From the IMG/VR virus record IMGVR_UViG_3300030108_004141, positions 1 to 64,000 of that record: a stretch of DNA of 64,000 bases. One strand, written 5' to 3'. Shown one piece after another: positions 49,379 through 58,336 of the stretch. The notes beneath the pieces are model-generated. The model saw only the letters and a program-made list of their open reading frames with translations, made no database searches and was not told the origin of the DNA. Positions within the stretch are counted from its first letter, which is position 1. Each line of letters begins with the position of its first letter. The stretch is from a virus. Both the position numbers and the translations under genes were made by a program.

Positions 49379-49997
49379 GGGCTGGAGAAATATTCTACCT
49401 GAGCATAAAGGCGATAAACCTCACAAACACCCTCACGAGGAAAAAACTGAGTCAGAAAACCCTGCGAACTCTTGGCATCTTTGTGCTAAGAATGTAGTTC
49501 ATGAACAGTGGGGCGAGGGTATTTGTGTTCCCGAACTTCATGCTGACCCTGATCAAGATGGTAAGGTTGCTTGGTACGACGTTGTGTTCGAGCACGGTTT
49601 GGAAAGAAAGGTAATGATCGAAAAGCTACAGGTTACGAAAGCTGAGGATCATATGCATAAGGGCAAAAAAGAAAAAAAGAAAATTGCAGAACAGGTTATT
49701 TCAGACTATAGTAAGAAAAATATGGTTCACCATATTACACATGATGAAGATGGTGATGCTGGTAAAAAAATGCCAAGTTCTGATCATGCTCACATAAAGA
49801 ACACTAAACCCACTGCATCAAATATTAAAGATAGAGATGGTGTTCCTCACGATGTTTATCATCATCCGAAAGGTCATACTCTTATTAATAGGAAAGATCC
49901 TAATATGGGTCATTACGCGATGCGCCTAAGTGGCCACCATCATCCACAAAAGGTGATAAAATCATATGACAAATATAATAGTGGTGAGCATTCTTAA
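49353..49997 (+). CDS. His-rich modular protein, probably internal to the virion
   Basis: GGAGG RBS; modules separated by LPE/KTE/IAE; VVHEQWGEG, WYDVVFEHG. Confidence 0.65.
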   Translation: MPYQILTPEGWRNILPEHKGDKPHKHPHEEKTESENPANSWHLCAKNVVHEQWGEGICVPELHADPDQDGKVAWYDVVFEHGLERKVMIEKLQVTKAEDHMHKGKKEKKKIAEQVISDYSKKNMVHHITHDEDGDAGKKMPSSDHAHIKNTKPTASNIKDRDGVPHDVYHHPKGHTLINRKDPNMGHYAMRLSGHHHPQKVIKSYDKYNSGEHS

Positions 49998-50010
49998 AGT
50001 TTAAACCACA

Positions 50011-50063
50011 ATGCGATAAGCTCAAGGGAAACTCGCATAGCAGTAAGTCTAAGGAAAACCTGC
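50011..50063 (+). promoter_or_regulatory. tandem hairpin RNA element over the RBS
   Basis: Two stems with different sequences closing matching 16-nt loops TAAG-YYY-AAGG-R-AAAC. Confidence 0.6.
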
Positions 50064-50064
50064 G

Positions 50065-52959
50065 ATGAAGAAAGCAACGATAACATTTGGTAGGATGAAT
50101 CCTCCTACCGTCGGGCATGAAAAGCTCGTTAACAAGGTTATCGCAGTTGCACGCACAAAACGATCAGAACCTCGTGTATATCTTTCTCATACGCAAAATC
50201 CTAAGAAAGATCCCTTAAAGTATTCTCAGAAAATAAAAAATGCACGCGCTGCATTCGGCAACGTCGTGAAGCAATCAAACATAAAGAACATCGTTGGAAT
50301 TATGCAGTCTTTGGAAAAAGAGGGCATAGAAGAGATCACGATGGTTGTCGGTTCTGATCGTGTATCTAATTTCAGAACCTTCCTAAACAAGTACAACGGC
50401 AAAGACTATAACTTCAAAAAAATTACAGTGGTATCAGCTGGCACTCGTGATCCTGATGATGCTGGTGTTGCTGGAATGAGTGGAACTAAAATGCGTCAGT
50501 TGGCTGCAACTGGTAAAGAAAAAGAGTTCGCTGACGGTGCTCCCTCAGGATTATCTGTAGCACAAAAGAAAACACTCTACAAGGATGTGAGAAAAGGAAT
50601 GAACATACGAGAAGAAGTAGAACTGCTCGAGGCAGAGTTCAAAGATAAGGATCTTGAAAATTATATCAAGAGAGCGCAATATCAAGATTTCGAACCTACA
50701 GTCGATGATGTTGTTTTAGCTAAACATATCTTTCAACAAGACGACGATGAACTCGAGGAAGACGAAGAGGAATTAAACGAGAGAAAGCCACTCACGTTTC
50801 AGCAGAGACAAAAGATAGCAATTCGCATGAAGCGACTCGCTCCAAGAATGAAGCGTCTTCGAGCTATCAAGAAAAAACGTATGGCAACTCCCGATCGTCT
50901 TAAATATCGTGCGCGCAAAGCTGCTTTGAATATCCTTCGTCGCCGAGCTGCTGGCTCTCGTGGCGCGAAGTATGCATCTCTGAGCCGAACCGATAAAATT
51001 AATATCGACAGACAACTCAATAACAGGTACAAAGGTCCAGCACTTCGTAAGATAGTCGATCGTTTTTCTAGACGTATGTTACCAATGATTAGAAGAAAAG
51101 AAATGGAAAGACTGAAAAAAGCAAGGTCAGCTAAAAAAGAAGAAATCGATATTCGATTTGAAACTTTTTTATCTGAAGAAACTTATAAGGGTGTTGATAT
51201 AGGCAACTGGGTATATGAGGGTCCGAAAGATTTTGTTAAGAAACTGATTGATGAGTTCGGCAAGCCAGACTATATTGAAAAGAACCCAGAAAGTGGAGAG
51301 GCATACTCTGCTGTGTTCAAGAACATAGATGGTTTCGATTTCGTTCGTATAGTAGATTCAAACACTAATAAGCTGCACCCATATCCTGCAAAAATATATG
51401 TAGAGGGTGGTTTATATTTCAAAGTTCCACAAGAAATGGTTGGAAAGTTGAAGGAGGCATCCCCAACAATTATAATCGATGAACTGAACGGATTTGTTAT
51501 AGGAAAATGTGCGAGCTTGACCATATGTGCCGCAACGTTGCAATTTGTTATCGATGCTGTCAACGGTGACGCACCTGCGACAAGGGAAGAGTATGATAAG
51601 AGACTTCGAAAAATTATCGATGATGGTAAGACTGATCCAGAAATACCATGGTGGGAAAATAAACTAAATGAATCGGTGATACTCGAAAAAGAAGACAGCG
51701 ATATCGGCGATCGTAAAGGGAAACAACCAGCGCAGTATCACAGTGGCTTGAAAGTTTCAACAAAGAAAAAGAGAGACACTCAGTTTCAACGTCAGGCTAA
51801 AATGAAAGACGATGACCCACGTGCATATAAGAAGGCTCCTGGTGACTCCGCTAAAACTAAACCATCACAATATACAACGAGGTACAAGCAAATGTATGGA
51901 GAGGATATCGATAAGGAGTTCGAAACATTCCTTGAGCAATCATCTGCGCTTGATAGACTAAAGAAGTTCGATAAGTCGCGAGAGGCTGCAGGAAAAAAGC
52001 CAATCTTCACTCCAAGTAAACCAACCACCTTTGTGAAGATGAAGAAACCTGGATTGATGACCACAATGAATGTTCCTGACCATGAGGTTGACAAATATAA
52101 GAAGAAAGGTTTCAATGTACATAGTGAGGAAAATATCGATACAAAGTTTGAACAGTTTCTCGAGTACACAGTAACCCCATCGAGCCATTTAGCACCAACC
52201 TCTGCACCAAGAGATATCATTCCTTCGGTATTTGCTTCCGATGATGAGGATCCAAGTGACAAGGCTTCACGAAAGAGCAAGGTTGATATTTTGTTGCGTC
52301 TCGGTTTAGTGCCGAAAGATGAAATACAAAAGTATCGACGTGCGCTTCGTAATAGAGACACTGCTCTTAAGAATCCTGATTTGCGAAAGAAGCTCGATAA
52401 TTTGCTAGACAAGCTGCTCGACTTTTCCACCAGCGACTCTGCTGTTTATCAGAAGTTACGCAGGTCAGTGACGCAAGAGGATATTGAGCGTCGTGCTGAT
52501 GTCAGAATGATAAAGGTTAAGATGCCTGATGGTCGAGTGGTTTTCAAGAAAGATAGAAAAGAAATCAAAGTCGGCGATGTTCGTGAGGATGAGGCTCTCA
52601 TGAAAAAGCATGATAATGAAAAAGAGCGGTTGAAACTTCGCCATGCTCGAGAAAAAGGTGCGGCAAAAGTTCGTGCGATTCGGCGTGATAATTTGAAAGA
52701 TGAGGTTGAACTTGATGAGAAAGCTCTGAAGGGTTTACAAAACAAAGCTGAAAAATCTGGTATCCCATATGGTATCTTGAAACAAGTTTACAACCGAGGT
52801 ATGGCTGCTTGGAAAACAGGTCATCGCCCAGGAGCAAGTCAGCAACAATGGGCGTATGCTCGCGTGAACTCTTTCATCACAGGTGGTAAAACTAGAACGA
52901 CTGCTGATAAAGATCTTTGGGCAAAGGCAAGCGCAGCTCGAGCTAGGAAGAGAAAATAA
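50065..52959 (+). CDS. 964-aa modular polyprotein with N-terminal HxGH nucleotidyltransferase domain
   Basis: FGRMNPPTVGH, VGSDR, MSGTKMR; then basic and globular modules separated by EExIDxxFExFL(x)E linkers. Confidence 0.8.
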   Translation: MKKATITFGRMNPPTVGHEKLVNKVIAVARTKRSEPRVYLSHTQNPKKDPLKYSQKIKNARAAFGNVVKQSNIKNIVGIMQSLEKEGIEEITMVVGSDRVSNFRTFLNKYNGKDYNFKKITVVSAGTRDPDDAGVAGMSGTKMRQLAATGKEKEFADGAPSGLSVAQKKTLYKDVRKGMNIREEVELLEAEFKDKDLENYIKRAQYQDFEPTVDDVVLAKHIFQQDDDELEEDEEELNERKPLTFQQRQKIAIRMKRLAPRMKRLRAIKKKRMATPDRLKYRARKAALNILRRRAAGSRGAKYASLSRTDKINIDRQLNNRYKGPALRKIVDRFSRRMLPMIRRKEMERLKKARSAKKEEIDIRFETFLSEETYKGVDIGNWVYEGPKDFVKKLIDEFGKPDYIEKNPESGEAYSAVFKNIDGFDFVRIVDSNTNKLHPYPAKIYVEGGLYFKVPQEMVGKLKEASPTIIIDELNGFVIGKCASLTICAATLQFVIDAVNGDAPATREEYDKRLRKIIDDGKTDPEIPWWENKLNESVILEKEDSDIGDRKGKQPAQYHSGLKVSTKKKRDTQFQRQAKMKDDDPRAYKKAPGDSAKTKPSQYTTRYKQMYGEDIDKEFETFLEQSSALDRLKKFDKSREAAGKKPIFTPSKPTTFVKMKKPGLMTTMNVPDHEVDKYKKKGFNVHSEENIDTKFEQFLEYTVTPSSHLAPTSAPRDIIPSVFASDDEDPSDKASRKSKVDILLRLGLVPKDEIQKYRRALRNRDTALKNPDLRKKLDNLLDKLLDFSTSDSAVYQKLRRSVTQEDIERRADVRMIKVKMPDGRVVFKKDRKEIKVGDVREDEALMKKHDNEKERLKLRHAREKGAAKVRAIRRDNLKDEVELDEKALKGLQNKAEKSGIPYGILKQVYNRGMAAWKTGHRPGASQQQWAYARVNSFITGGKTRTTADKDLWAKASAARARKRK

Positions 52960-53291
52960 TGCTTTCGTTCGTTTCGTTCATAGAGTTAACAGAAGAGCCG
53001 AGGATTCCTAGGAAGCCTGGACAACCAGCTGGCTCAGACAAACACTCTGATTTGTATACGGACGAAAATCCAAAGGGAACTATCAAGGGGTTGAAGTTTG
53101 CGACAACAGCTGATGCGAAAGCGAGTGTGGCTAAGATCAAAAAATCAGGTCGATCTCATGCTCATAAAATACAGGCAGCGATAGCTATGGAGCAAAGAGC
53201 TAGAGTCATGGGTAAAACTGCAGCTGCAAACGTATATCGTGCATACATAAATAAGATGAAGAAGAAAACGAAAGAGATGCGAGATGGGTAA
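52959..53291 (+). CDS. small basic internal-protein candidate
   Basis: MLSFVSFIELTEE leader; SDLYTDENPKGTI module. Confidence 0.7.
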   Translation: MLSFVSFIELTEEPRIPRKPGQPAGSDKHSDLYTDENPKGTIKGLKFATTADAKASVAKIKKSGRSHAHKIQAAIAMEQRARVMGKTAAANVYRAYINKMKKKTKEMRDG

Positions 53292-53694
53292 AAAGCTAAA
53301 ATCATTCAAGCAATACAGCAGCGGTGAGATGGGTATAGGTTCTGATGAACTAGCCAACAAATACAAACGCGACACTCCTGGTCAAGAAGAGGGTCATGCT
53401 GTTGCTTCTTTTTCAGCAGATAAACCTGAGCTTTCGCCAACTGCCAGAGAGTCAGGATTGTACACTGCTAATGAAGCTGGACCTTGTTGGGATGGTTATA
53501 AGCAACTCGGTATGAAAAAAGGTAAGAGTGGAAAACCTGTGCCGAACTGTGTGAAAGAATCACAGCCCAATAAATTTGATTCAAGCACTGTTCTTATTTT
53601 CCGTAGGAATCCAAACACAGGTGAAATGAAAGAGATGCGCATCGATAAAATAAAAGTCAACGAATATCTATCGAGAGGATGGGCAAGGAAATGA
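53284..53694 (+). CDS. modular internal-protein candidate
   Basis: LKSFKQY leader; YKRDTPGQ and CWDGY...VPNCV modules. Confidence 0.7.
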   Translation: MGKKLKSFKQYSSGEMGIGSDELANKYKRDTPGQEEGHAVASFSADKPELSPTARESGLYTANEAGPCWDGYKQLGMKKGKSGKPVPNCVKESQPNKFDSSTVLIFRRNPNTGEMKEMRIDKIKVNEYLSRGWARK

Positions 53695-54050
53695 AAACCT
53701 TCAGGCAATATGTCTTAGAGCAAGCAGAGCCGTGTTGTGAAGGTTGTGCTGATGATGACATAATCGAGCAAGCTGAGTATCAGGGTCGGAAAGTAAAACT
53801 TAACAACCCAACTCGCTCCGATAACCCCAAGTCCAAGCGCATGGTTTACGTGCGCAATGATAAGGGAAACGTTGTTAAGGTTTACTTCGGCGACCCTAAT
53901 CTCGAAATCAAGCGCGACGATCCTGCTCGTCGTAAAAATTTTAGAGCGCGGCATAACTGCGATAACCCTGGACCAAAATATAAAGCACGTTATTGGTCTT
54001 GCAAATTTTGGGAGAAAGGCAAGTCGGTCACCGATTTGATGAAAGGCTGA
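53691..54050 (+). CDS. internal-protein candidate
   Basis: MKTFRQYVLE (cf. T4 IPIII MKTYQEFIAE); FRARHNC...YWSC. Confidence 0.75.
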   Translation: MKTFRQYVLEQAEPCCEGCADDDIIEQAEYQGRKVKLNNPTRSDNPKSKRMVYVRNDKGNVVKVYFGDPNLEIKRDDPARRKNFRARHNCDNPGPKYKARYWSCKFWEKGKSVTDLMKG

Positions 54051-54307
54051 TGTACAAATCACTAGAAACTACAATCAAAGAATTAAATCTCAAAGAAGAT
54101 GGACACGATGATGTCGCTTCTATGAAAAATAAAGTTGAGATCGGCTTGAAGGCTTTTGAAAAAATGAAAGCTGCATTAGATAAGTTGCCTGATGAGGGTA
54201 GCATTCCTACATGGTGGACTAATAAAGTCGCAACGGCTGTTGCTCGCATCGACGATATGTCAGATTACCTAGATACGAAAATGAATGGAGAGAAAGATGA
54301 GGAATAA
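54050..54307 (+). CDS. small helical protein
   Basis: TGATG-coupled start; LKEDGH, PTWWTNKVA. Confidence 0.7.
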   Translation: MYKSLETTIKELNLKEDGHDDVASMKNKVEIGLKAFEKMKAALDKLPDEGSIPTWWTNKVATAVARIDDMSDYLDTKMNGEKDEE

Positions 54308-55145
54308 CAAAGATTTCGGTTTGCCTGACAGCTTACTCGATGCTGTTCGTCAGGTCGTAGAAAAGAAACTAGATCCGGTTGATCCTAAAGAACTCAAAGG
54401 GAAACACGCAGATCGCAAGGATAAAGATATCGATAACGATGGTGATGTAGATTCTACTGATAAGTTTTTACATCGACGTCGGAAAGCTATTACGAAAGCC
54501 ATAGCGACGAAAGAAGCAATGCAAAAGCCATATGTTTCTTCTGATCGTGATGGTCACCATGTCATGACTGGTTCTGGTAAAATTTCAAAGAGCTTTAAAG
54601 ATACAAAATCTGCAGCTGCTCACCTCAAGAAAAATTTTACTAAACTTCAAAAAGAAGATGTGAATGAGGGTTACGAAGATACAGTCATGAAAGCTCTCAA
54701 GAAAAAACGTATCGATGGTCGTTTTGACAAAGGAGATCTTTTTGTAAGCAAGCGTGATGTAAAGGCTGCAAGAGATGCGCTCAAAAGAGACTTCAACATC
54801 AAACAGCTTCCAAAAATTGTAGGCGAAGATGATGCTTTGATTGGAGTTGCGAAAAAGCTGAAGAAAGCTAGTAAAGCACATGCTGGTCAAGCAGATAAAA
54901 TTATGAAACATGTCAAAGATATGGGCGAGGCAGCTAACCCTGCTCAGCAAGCAGCGATCGCTATTGCCATGAAGAAGGCTGGTAAGAAACCTAAGAATGA
55001 AGGTGCTATGAAGCGCATGGCAACTGGCGGTGGTATGAAAACTTTCAAACCTAAACCACCTGCCAAGTCGGAGGAAAAGAAAGGTAAGAAAGATATGATT
55101 GATGTCAAGCCATCGATGGAGGCATCAGAACTGCCAAAAAAGTAA
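54297..55145 (+). CDS. modular basic internal-protein candidate; probably extends to 55255 in the -1 frame
   Basis: DKDIDNDGDVD, EAANPAQQAAIAIAMKK; ends at A_AAA_AAG TAA. Confidence 0.75.
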   Translation: MRNNKDFGLPDSLLDAVRQVVEKKLDPVDPKELKGKHADRKDKDIDNDGDVDSTDKFLHRRRKAITKAIATKEAMQKPYVSSDRDGHHVMTGSGKISKSFKDTKSAAAHLKKNFTKLQKEDVNEGYEDTVMKALKKKRIDGRFDKGDLFVSKRDVKAARDALKRDFNIKQLPKIVGEDDALIGVAKKLKKASKAHAGQADKIMKHVKDMGEAANPAQQAAIAIAMKKAGKKPKNEGAMKRMATGGGMKTFKPKPPAKSEEKKGKKDMIDVKPSMEASELPKK

Positions 55146-55246
55146 TAACCAAGGGGCATGAGATCGCAAAGAAACTCATAAAGATGAGATCTAAGGTCGA
55201 TAACCCCTATGCAGTTGGAATGGCAGCTGCGAAAAAGAAGTATGGT

Positions 55247-55254
55247 TATAAATA
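55247..55254 (+). promoter_or_regulatory. late promoter TATAAATA
   Basis: Exact consensus upstream of structural genes. Confidence 0.8.
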
Positions 55255-55316
55255 GAGTTAGAATTTTGTTATGCCGAGTAGTCGGAACAATTTGACGAAA
55301 AGCGAAGGAGAAAAAA

Positions 55317-56033
55317 ATGTCAACTTGGGGATTTGGTCAAGAAAGTAATCAGGTGGCGGCTGGTGCCAACACGGTTGCTGCTATAATTAAAGGACACCAG
55401 CCACACTATCAAGCCGATAACATGGCTTCGAAACGTAACGTAATCGCAACTTCCGCTGGTTGGGTTCGTAGAACTCACGGAACTGGTGGCAGAGCTAATC
55501 GCGCATTTGATGAAATCATTGTCGCAGCTAATCCAACTGGTAGTGATGATTATCCTTCCAGTGCTTCACACATGGGCAAGCCTGATATCGCTCAGGTTTA
55601 TGTTAAGCTGAATGCGAATGGCTTTATCGCTGCTAATACGGTTGCGAATCTATATGTTGTGTTTAACACACCGATGAAGTTCAGGGCGAACACCTCGTCT
55701 GCTGCGAGTAATAACGCTATCATCAATCTAGCTAATACGATCGGCGGTAACGCAGCTGTTGCTATTGCTAACAACAGTGTAACGATCGATAATGCTAACA
55801 ACACTATCGTATTTAAGCTGGGCAATCTACAGGGCGGCACTGGTAATGCTAAAGCTACATATGCCATTGAGTCCAATGTAATCATGTCCGGAATGTCACT
55901 ATATAATCCTGACGTTGGTATTACAGCGGCAGCGAACCTAGTGATCACTGGTGGTGTTGCTAACAACTTGCTTGATGGTAACGGCAATCGCATTACTACG
56001 TTCCAGGTTGCGCGCCCAGCTGGACAAACTTAA
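55317..56033 (+). CDS. virion structural protein (Ala/Asn-rich)
   Basis: Late promoter, AAGGAG RBS, MSTWG...GWVRR, beta-rich composition. Confidence 0.65.
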   Translation: MSTWGFGQESNQVAAGANTVAAIIKGHQPHYQADNMASKRNVIATSAGWVRRTHGTGGRANRAFDEIIVAANPTGSDDYPSSASHMGKPDIAQVYVKLNANGFIAANTVANLYVVFNTPMKFRANTSSAASNNAIINLANTIGGNAAVAIANNSVTIDNANNTIVFKLGNLQGGTGNAKATYAIESNVIMSGMSLYNPDVGITAAANLVITGGVANNLLDGNGNRITTFQVARPAGQT

Positions 56034-56049
56034 TTTGAAAGGTTAAGTC

Positions 56050-56433
56050 ATGGCAGATAAGAAAGTAACACAGCTCACTGAGCTAACAACGACGAATGAT
56101 GAAGATCAGTTGTTGATTGTTGACGATCCGAATGGGACACCTGCTTCCAAACGAATCAATGTGAAGAACTTCTTTTCTACCGTTCCAGCAAATACATCGT
56201 TCACGGCGAACGTGACTGTTTCAGGAAATAAGGTTCTTTTGGCTTCTAACTTGGTTACCACGAAGGCTACGACTGTTAACACTATGATTACCACGTTGAA
56301 GTCAAACCCTTCGTCCAATAACACAGCCACTGAATCTTTGAGTGTAGGACAGATGTTCTTTTCGAATACACATTTGTACATTTGTGTAAATGCAACGAGT
56401 ATCAAGAGGGTAGCGTTATCGACCTTCTCGTAA
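56050..56433 (+). CDS. short fibre/decoration protein
   Basis: MADKKVTQLTEL...LLIVDDP, YICV...KRVALSTF. Confidence 0.65.
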   Translation: MADKKVTQLTELTTTNDEDQLLIVDDPNGTPASKRINVKNFFSTVPANTSFTANVTVSGNKVLLASNLVTTKATTVNTMITTLKSNPSSNNTATESLSVGQMFFSNTHLYICVNATSIKRVALSTFS

Positions 56434-56449
56434 GTTAGGTTTCTAGAGT

Positions 56450-56836
56450 ATGTTTGATTATGTTAGTGACAAGAACTTCATGATGTTTGCGATACAGGGA
56501 TATGATAATCCGATGTGCTCTTCGGAAGAAGAGTTTCAAGAGGATCTGACAAGGATTAGAAGCATCAGTCGTTCGTTTTCTCGTTACCGAAAGACGGGCG
56601 AGATAAATGAAAGGCTGGTGCTTAATCATTTGATCATATTGTATAATGTGTTTGAGGGTGAGTCATTGACTAAGATGCTAGTGTTTAAGTTACAAAGTTA
56701 TCTCGAGTATCTTAAACCATTTTTGATGTTGATCGCTCGTTGGCCAGAATATATTGACGGTGTTTTTGAGGATGTACTAATAGGAACTGATATTTCTATG
56801 GATATGAAATTAGTTGAAAGGCTTAGAAAGATATGA
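56450..56836 (+). CDS. conserved T4-like hypothetical protein
   Basis: YDNPMC..EEFQEDL, RLVLNHLIILYNVF. Confidence 0.75.
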   Translation: MFDYVSDKNFMMFAIQGYDNPMCSSEEEFQEDLTRIRSISRSFSRYRKTGEINERLVLNHLIILYNVFEGESLTKMLVFKLQSYLEYLKPFLMLIARWPEYIDGVFEDVLIGTDISMDMKLVERLRKI

Positions 56837-57036
56837 GACAAAATATGATAGATGCACTAAAGGCTCATGCGTTAGGTAATATTGAAAAACATAAAATGAA
56901 TGTTGAGGTGTATCTTACTAATCCAGTTGGGATAGGTGAGCATCCAGATGTTATGGAGGCTATGGAAAAAGAAATCGATTGTATTTCACATTATCATGAT
57001 AGACTCGAAATGATAGAGAAGTACATAGAAAACTAG
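56833..57036 (+). CDS. conserved hypothetical protein
   Basis: NVEVYLTNPVGIGEHPD. Confidence 0.75.
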   Translation: MRQNMIDALKAHALGNIEKHKMNVEVYLTNPVGIGEHPDVMEAMEKEIDCISHYHDRLEMIEKYIEN

Positions 57037-57046
57037 GAGATGCCGT

Positions 57047-57616
57047 ATGGCAAAAGGAGTCGTAGATCTATTCCTGATTTATCAGTTTATCAAGAGGTTG
57101 GTCACACCGTTTGATAAATGGGATGCTTACAAAGCTGGTGTCATAGATAAAGATGGCAAAGTTATATTGCCGAAGAAAGATCGCACACCCGAGCAGAATA
57201 AATCTTGGGGATACTACGATATCATGATTGCCAATCTTAAAAAATTACTGGCAAAAGTTCCTGGGGGCAGAACTCGTTTAGCATCTTATGCTGCTGCCCT
57301 ACTATTACTGCGCGAGCAAGATGAGCGGTTTCTAAACGATGCAGCATATCTCTACGAAGAGCTAGAAAAAGAAATGAAGATGCTCAGGGAAAACTCGAGC
57401 AAAGATTTTTCAGATCTCCGTACCATGATGGAGGATGCGCCTGCTAATGCAACTGGCGCAGCTGTCGCCGGAACAGGAGATGATCCTGTTCATTGGTCGA
57501 GAAGGCAACCGAAAATAGGTATAAAAGGTAGAAACAAAAAATATGGTCAGGGATTTGATGTAGATGCTTTCTTGAAGCGAAGAAAGAGAGAGCAAGCGAA
57601 AAAGGCAATGAAATGA
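57047..57616 (+). CDS. conserved hypothetical protein
   Basis: PFDKWDAYKAGVIDKDG, ASYAAALLLLRE, EDAPAN. Confidence 0.75.
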   Translation: MAKGVVDLFLIYQFIKRLVTPFDKWDAYKAGVIDKDGKVILPKKDRTPEQNKSWGYYDIMIANLKKLLAKVPGGRTRLASYAAALLLLREQDERFLNDAAYLYEELEKEMKMLRENSSKDFSDLRTMMEDAPANATGAAVAGTGDDPVHWSRRQPKIGIKGRNKKYGQGFDVDAFLKRRKREQAKKAMK

Positions 57617-58092
57617 TAAAAGTATATCTCGCTCTTATGGTTATCGGTATTCTCGGCGCGGCAGCTTGGGGTGCCAAATACTATTACGATAGCACTCAGG
57701 CTCGGATCAGCCAGCTCGTTGCTAATAATGCAACACTCGAGGAGGCAACGAAGCAGCAACAAGAAACGATCAACATCATGATTGAAGATAGAGAGCGGTT
57801 TGAAAAAATAAATAAAGAGTTACAAGGAAAGCTACAAACAGCAGAGCGGTACGGAGATCAGCTTCGTAATACTTTGCGGAAACACAATTTAACGCATCTG
57901 GCTAATAAGAAGCCAGGAATGATAGAAAAGAGGATGCAAAATGCGACTGATAGGTTATGGGGCTGTCTTTATGATATCACTGACCCTGATGGGATGTTCG
58001 CTAATGCCGGAACCGAAAGTCCTTACTGTAACAAAAACAGTAAGAACCGAGGTGCCAATAGTCCAGCACCCGAAGGCAGTCCAGCTAAATGA
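57613..58092 (+). CDS. inner-membrane spanin (Rz-like)
   Basis: N-terminal TM, periplasmic coiled coil, C-terminal Cys; overlaps a lipoprotein gene. Confidence 0.7.
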   Translation: MIKVYLALMVIGILGAAAWGAKYYYDSTQARISQLVANNATLEEATKQQQETINIMIEDRERFEKINKELQGKLQTAERYGDQLRNTLRKHNLTHLANKKPGMIEKRMQNATDRLWGCLYDITDPDGMFANAGTESPYCNKNSKNRGANSPAPEGSPAK

Positions 58093-58336
58093 TATCAAGA
58101 TCTATGTAGTAAACAAAAGCAACTACGAAGATTTTATTAAGGCATACGAAAAGAAAAATGGTGGAGACTCATACATTGCCATATCGGTCAAGGATTATGA
58201 AAATCTATCGCTAAACTTTGCAGAACTGAGACGGTATATAGAACAACAAAAACAAATTATCGTCTATTATGAGGAAGCAGTTAAACCTGAGGAGAAGAAA
58301 GATGGCAGAGGAGGAGACGAAGGAGGTAAAAAGTAA
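57941..58336 (+). CDS. outer-membrane spanin lipoprotein (Rz1-like)
   Basis: Signal peptide with lipobox LMGC; starts inside the upstream gene in another frame. Confidence 0.7.
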   Translation: MRLIGYGAVFMISLTLMGCSLMPEPKVLTVTKTVRTEVPIVQHPKAVQLNDIKIYVVNKSNYEDFIKAYEKKNGGDSYIAISVKDYENLSLNFAELRRYIEQQKQIIVYYEEAVKPEEKKDGRGGDEGGKK

